DNA from: a virus
Lineage: Duplodnaviria; Caudoviricetes
DNA length: 64,000 nt
Reading direction: 5' to 3' (one strand)
IMG/VR virus record: IMGVR_UViG_2862281513_000001
Span: 1-64,000 of that record
Positions within the stretch are counted from its first letter, which is position 1. The number at the start of each line of letters is the position of its first letter. The notes under the pieces were generated by a model. It saw nothing but the letters and a program-made list of their open reading frames with translations, was not told where the DNA came from and did not search any database. Positions 61,790 to 64,000 of this stretch are shown one piece after another. The position numbers and the translations under genes are program-made.

Positions 61790-62677
61790 TCAGACGCCGT
61801 CCGGCTGGAACGGGATCTGCGGGTGCCCGTCCTTATCCAGCGCGTACCAGCACCACTCGAAGTGGCCGCCGATGCAGTAGCGGCCGTCCTCGTTCGGCCA
61901 GATCGCCCGGACCGACTTCTCTCGCCTTGTGCCGCCGAGGTACATCCAGCCGATTTCGAGCACGACGACTTCGGCACGGCTGTCGACCGTGCCGTCCAGG
62001 ACGTGGATGGTGTTCACGAAGCCGTGCCCGTAGCGGGCGGCCTCGGCCTGGGTCTCGGCCGCGATGATCCGGACGGTGGGGAGGTCGAACCACGGCCGTA
62101 CGAAGCCGTCGCGCTGGTCGGCCGGGTCGACGAGGGCCGGGTAGCGGTCGCGCTCGTTCGCGCACACCATGACCTCGACCATGGAGCTCGGGACTGCGTC
62201 CGGGGCGTCCGCGCCGGACGGGTCGAGGGTGAGGGAGGCCGCGCGCGGGAGGTCGAGCGACCAGACCGGCCGGCCGTCCCGGCCGGGCAGCTCCTCGCAC
62301 AGCGGGCTCCAGACGTCGCGCGTACTGTCGCCCAGGTACGCCGTCCAGCCGCCGAGGTCATGCAGGGCGTTCCCGGCCTCGGTCTCGCCGACGTCCTCGG
62401 TGAAGGTCCGCTCGTCACCGGCGGCCGTCCAGTAGCGGCCGGTGGGAAACAGCGAGTCCTTGCCTTCGGTCAGTTCGAGCCGTGCGGCGTCGAACGGGGC
62501 GTCGGGCTGGTGGCCGGTGAGGATGTCGCGGACGGCCGCCGCGGTGACGACGAGCATGACGCGGCCGAGCTGCTCGTGCGTGGTGCGGTTGTCGTTGAGG
62601 GCCTGGTCGACGGCCTCGGCGAGTGCCTGGCTGGCGGGCAGTTCGTAGGCGGGGCGGGTAGGGGTCTGGCGTTCCAT
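61790..62677 (-). CDS. Hypothetical two-domain protein
   Basis: 295 aa, GC3 bias, headed by a repeat unit; DGFVRPWFD and YCIGG..WCW. Confidence 0.75.
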   Translation of the reverse strand: MERQTPTRPAYELPASQALAEAVDQALNDNRTTHEQLGRVMLVVTAAAVRDILTGHQPDAPFDAARLELTEGKDSLFPTGRYWTAAGDERTFTEDVGETEAGNALHDLGGWTAYLGDSTRDVWSPLCEELPGRDGRPVWSLDLPRAASLTLDPSGADAPDAVPSSMVEVMVCANERDRYPALVDPADQRDGFVRPWFDLPTVRIIAAETQAEAARYGHGFVNTIHVLDGTVDSRAEVVVLEIGWMYLGGTRREKSVRAIWPNEDGRYCIGGHFEWCWYALDKDGHPQIPFQPDGV

Positions 62678-62789
62678 GCCGTGTCCGTTCTGTGTGGTGG
62701 GTGCTACGTCCTCGATCCTTGACCCCACCGGCCGGGTTAACCTCGTTATCCCGGCCGAGTTGGTCAAGGATTCGTCAGTGAGCTGCTGG

Positions 62790-63677
62790 TCAGCAGGTGA
62801 TGCCGTCGGCCAGGTACGAGCCGTCTTCGGCGACGCTCAGGGCGAACACCTCGGTCGCGGGGCCGCGCTCGACGCGGGTGGCGGGCAGCCACCGGTAGCC
62901 GTCGAAGTCGGGGCGCCGGCCGCCTTCGCTCCTCCAGCAGAGCTGCCATCCGATCTTGCCGGGCTTGCTGCTGTTGCTCAGTCCGCCGGGGAACCCGAGC
63001 GAGCAGACGAGGAGCCGCAGGCCGACCATGAACGCCTTGGAGTGCATGCGCACCTGGTTCTGCTGGCGGCGGGGGGCGTCGTTGACCAGGCCGACGAGGA
63101 ATGCGATCCGCAGCGTCTCGGGCATCGTCAGCACCCAGGCCGGGAAGCGGCGACCGGCCCCGTACTGGCCGAAGTGCTCGGCGAGCCAGTCGACCAGCTC
63201 GGGCCGGACGGCGGCCGCGGCCGCGCCCTTGAGGCGGATCATCGCCCCGGCGGCGTGGAGGACGTCCACCAGGTCCGCGTCGGCGAGCGGGGCGGGCAGG
63301 TCGGGGATGGGCAGCGGCTCCCCGAAGTGGAGTGGCGTGGCCAGCCGGTGGCGGTCGGTCAGGTCGCGGGCCCTGGTCCAGCCAGCTGCCGACAGGTCCC
63401 CGGCCGGGCCGCCGTCCAGCAGGACGGGCGCGGTCCGCGTGTGGAAGGGATGGTCGGCGGTCGTGGCGAAGCCGCTGATGTACGAGGCGCAGTGGACGCG
63501 GACGGTCTCGGTGGTCGCGGTCATCGTCTCGGTGACCGGGCGCCACCGGCGCTCGTGGGTGAACACCTCGTCCCCGGGGGTGACGGTCTCGATGGGGACG
63601 ATGCCGCGCAGGGTCAGGATCATGGTCCCGGCCGGGAAGCCTTCGGGGGCGGGTGCCGGGGGGCTCTGGTTGTCCAT
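62790..63677 (-). CDS. Free-standing intein-derived (Hint + degenerate LAGLIDADG) protein
   Basis: GFPAGT (block A), TADHPF (block B), AFLVGL (endonuclease remnant) and VFALSV..SYLADG (block F). Confidence 0.8.
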   Translation of the reverse strand: MDNQSPPAPAPEGFPAGTMILTLRGIVPIETVTPGDEVFTHERRWRPVTETMTATTETVRVHCASYISGFATTADHPFHTRTAPVLLDGGPAGDLSAAGWTRARDLTDRHRLATPLHFGEPLPIPDLPAPLADADLVDVLHAAGAMIRLKGAAAAAVRPELVDWLAEHFGQYGAGRRFPAWVLTMPETLRIAFLVGLVNDAPRRQQNQVRMHSKAFMVGLRLLVCSLGFPGGLSNSSKPGKIGWQLCWRSEGGRRPDFDGYRWLPATRVERGPATEVFALSVAEDGSYLADGITC

Positions 63678-63706
63678 GTGAGGTCCCTTCTCGTGGGGCG
63701 GTGGGG

Positions 63707-63991
63707 TCAGTGGGCGTCGTGGCCGGTGAACCGGAGCCAGTGGGGGCCGCTGTCGGTCAGGCTGTCGCCGAGGATGGCGCGCAGGGCGGCGTCGGCCTCG
63801 CCGAGCGTCTCGGTGTCGAACGGGCCGCCGTCGCCGAGGTTCAGCTCGGTCTCGCCGGCCACCGCGCCGACGATGCGGGGAGCGCCGTCGGCCTCGAAGA
63901 GGACCGCGGTCGCCTCGGGGGCGAGGCGGTGCAGGATCTCGCCGACGCGGGGCGCGGCCTCCTTGAGCGCGGCGGCCTGCTCGCGGGTCAT
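63707..63991 (-). CDS. Hypothetical protein (start may lie beyond the window)
   Basis: GC3-biased ORF at the window edge. Confidence 0.55.
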   Translation of the reverse strand: MTREQAAALKEAAPRVGEILHRLAPEATAVLFEADGAPRIVGAVAGETELNLGDGGPFDTETLGEADAALRAILGDSLTDSGPHWLRFTGHDAH

Positions 63992-64000
63992 ACCGCAGCC

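Larger units (their letters stand above)
54841..62793 (-). repeat. Seven dispersed ~100-bp promoter/palindrome/leader units (about 54841, 56145, 56620, 58515, 59765, 61685, 62685)
   Basis: TTGACC-N6-CCGGGATAAC-N3-GTTATCCCGG-like palindrome-N13-GATGAATGCA..ACACACCACC, then RBS. Confidence 0.9.
1..64000 (-). mobile_element. Temperate siphovirus-type prophage or phage-plasmid (both ends outside the window)
   Basis: Co-oriented terminase, portal, capsid, tail, tape measure and lysis genes plus ParB and early genes; no host housekeeping genes or integrase seen. Confidence 0.95.

Noticed and set aside
54841-62793. Early repeats as a CRISPR array or integron attC sites
   Set aside because: Spacing is gene-sized and irregular, the units contain promoter and RBS features, and no cas or integron integrase gene is in the window

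Overview
The whole window is one continuous piece of a temperate siphovirus-type element (prophage or phage-plasmid) from a high-GC actinomycete, most likely Streptomyces-like. No integrase, att site or host gene is visible. Almost all genes run on the - strand. From the right they are: an early region of small genes, each block headed by a ~100-bp repeated promoter/palindrome unit (intein-derived protein, C5 DNA methyltransferase, two ComM-N-like proteins, ParB, DUF488-like); tRNA-Arg(TCG)-like; a methyltransferase-fold/ParB/TerS/TerL packaging operon; a moron with an ATP-dependent DNA ligase; portal; a 1389-aa MuF + 2H + protease-like + ADP-ribosyltransferase polyprotein; capsid; a ~13-kb block of Cys/Thr-rich putative decoration fibres with glycosyltransferases; tail genes; lysis; and a bldA-like tRNA-Leu(TAA). 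The most striking unexplained structure is a late regulon. Ten copies of an 18-nt motif (GCYGCTGGYKBTRGGCCG) lie just downstream of -10-like boxes. Nine of them run into individually different hairpins that cover the Shine-Dalgarno or start region of packaging and virion genes, like natural toehold switches. Also notable are two centromere-like TCCGGA arrays with the same layout. All product calls come from motif recognition and synteny by eye; no database searches or folding programs were run.
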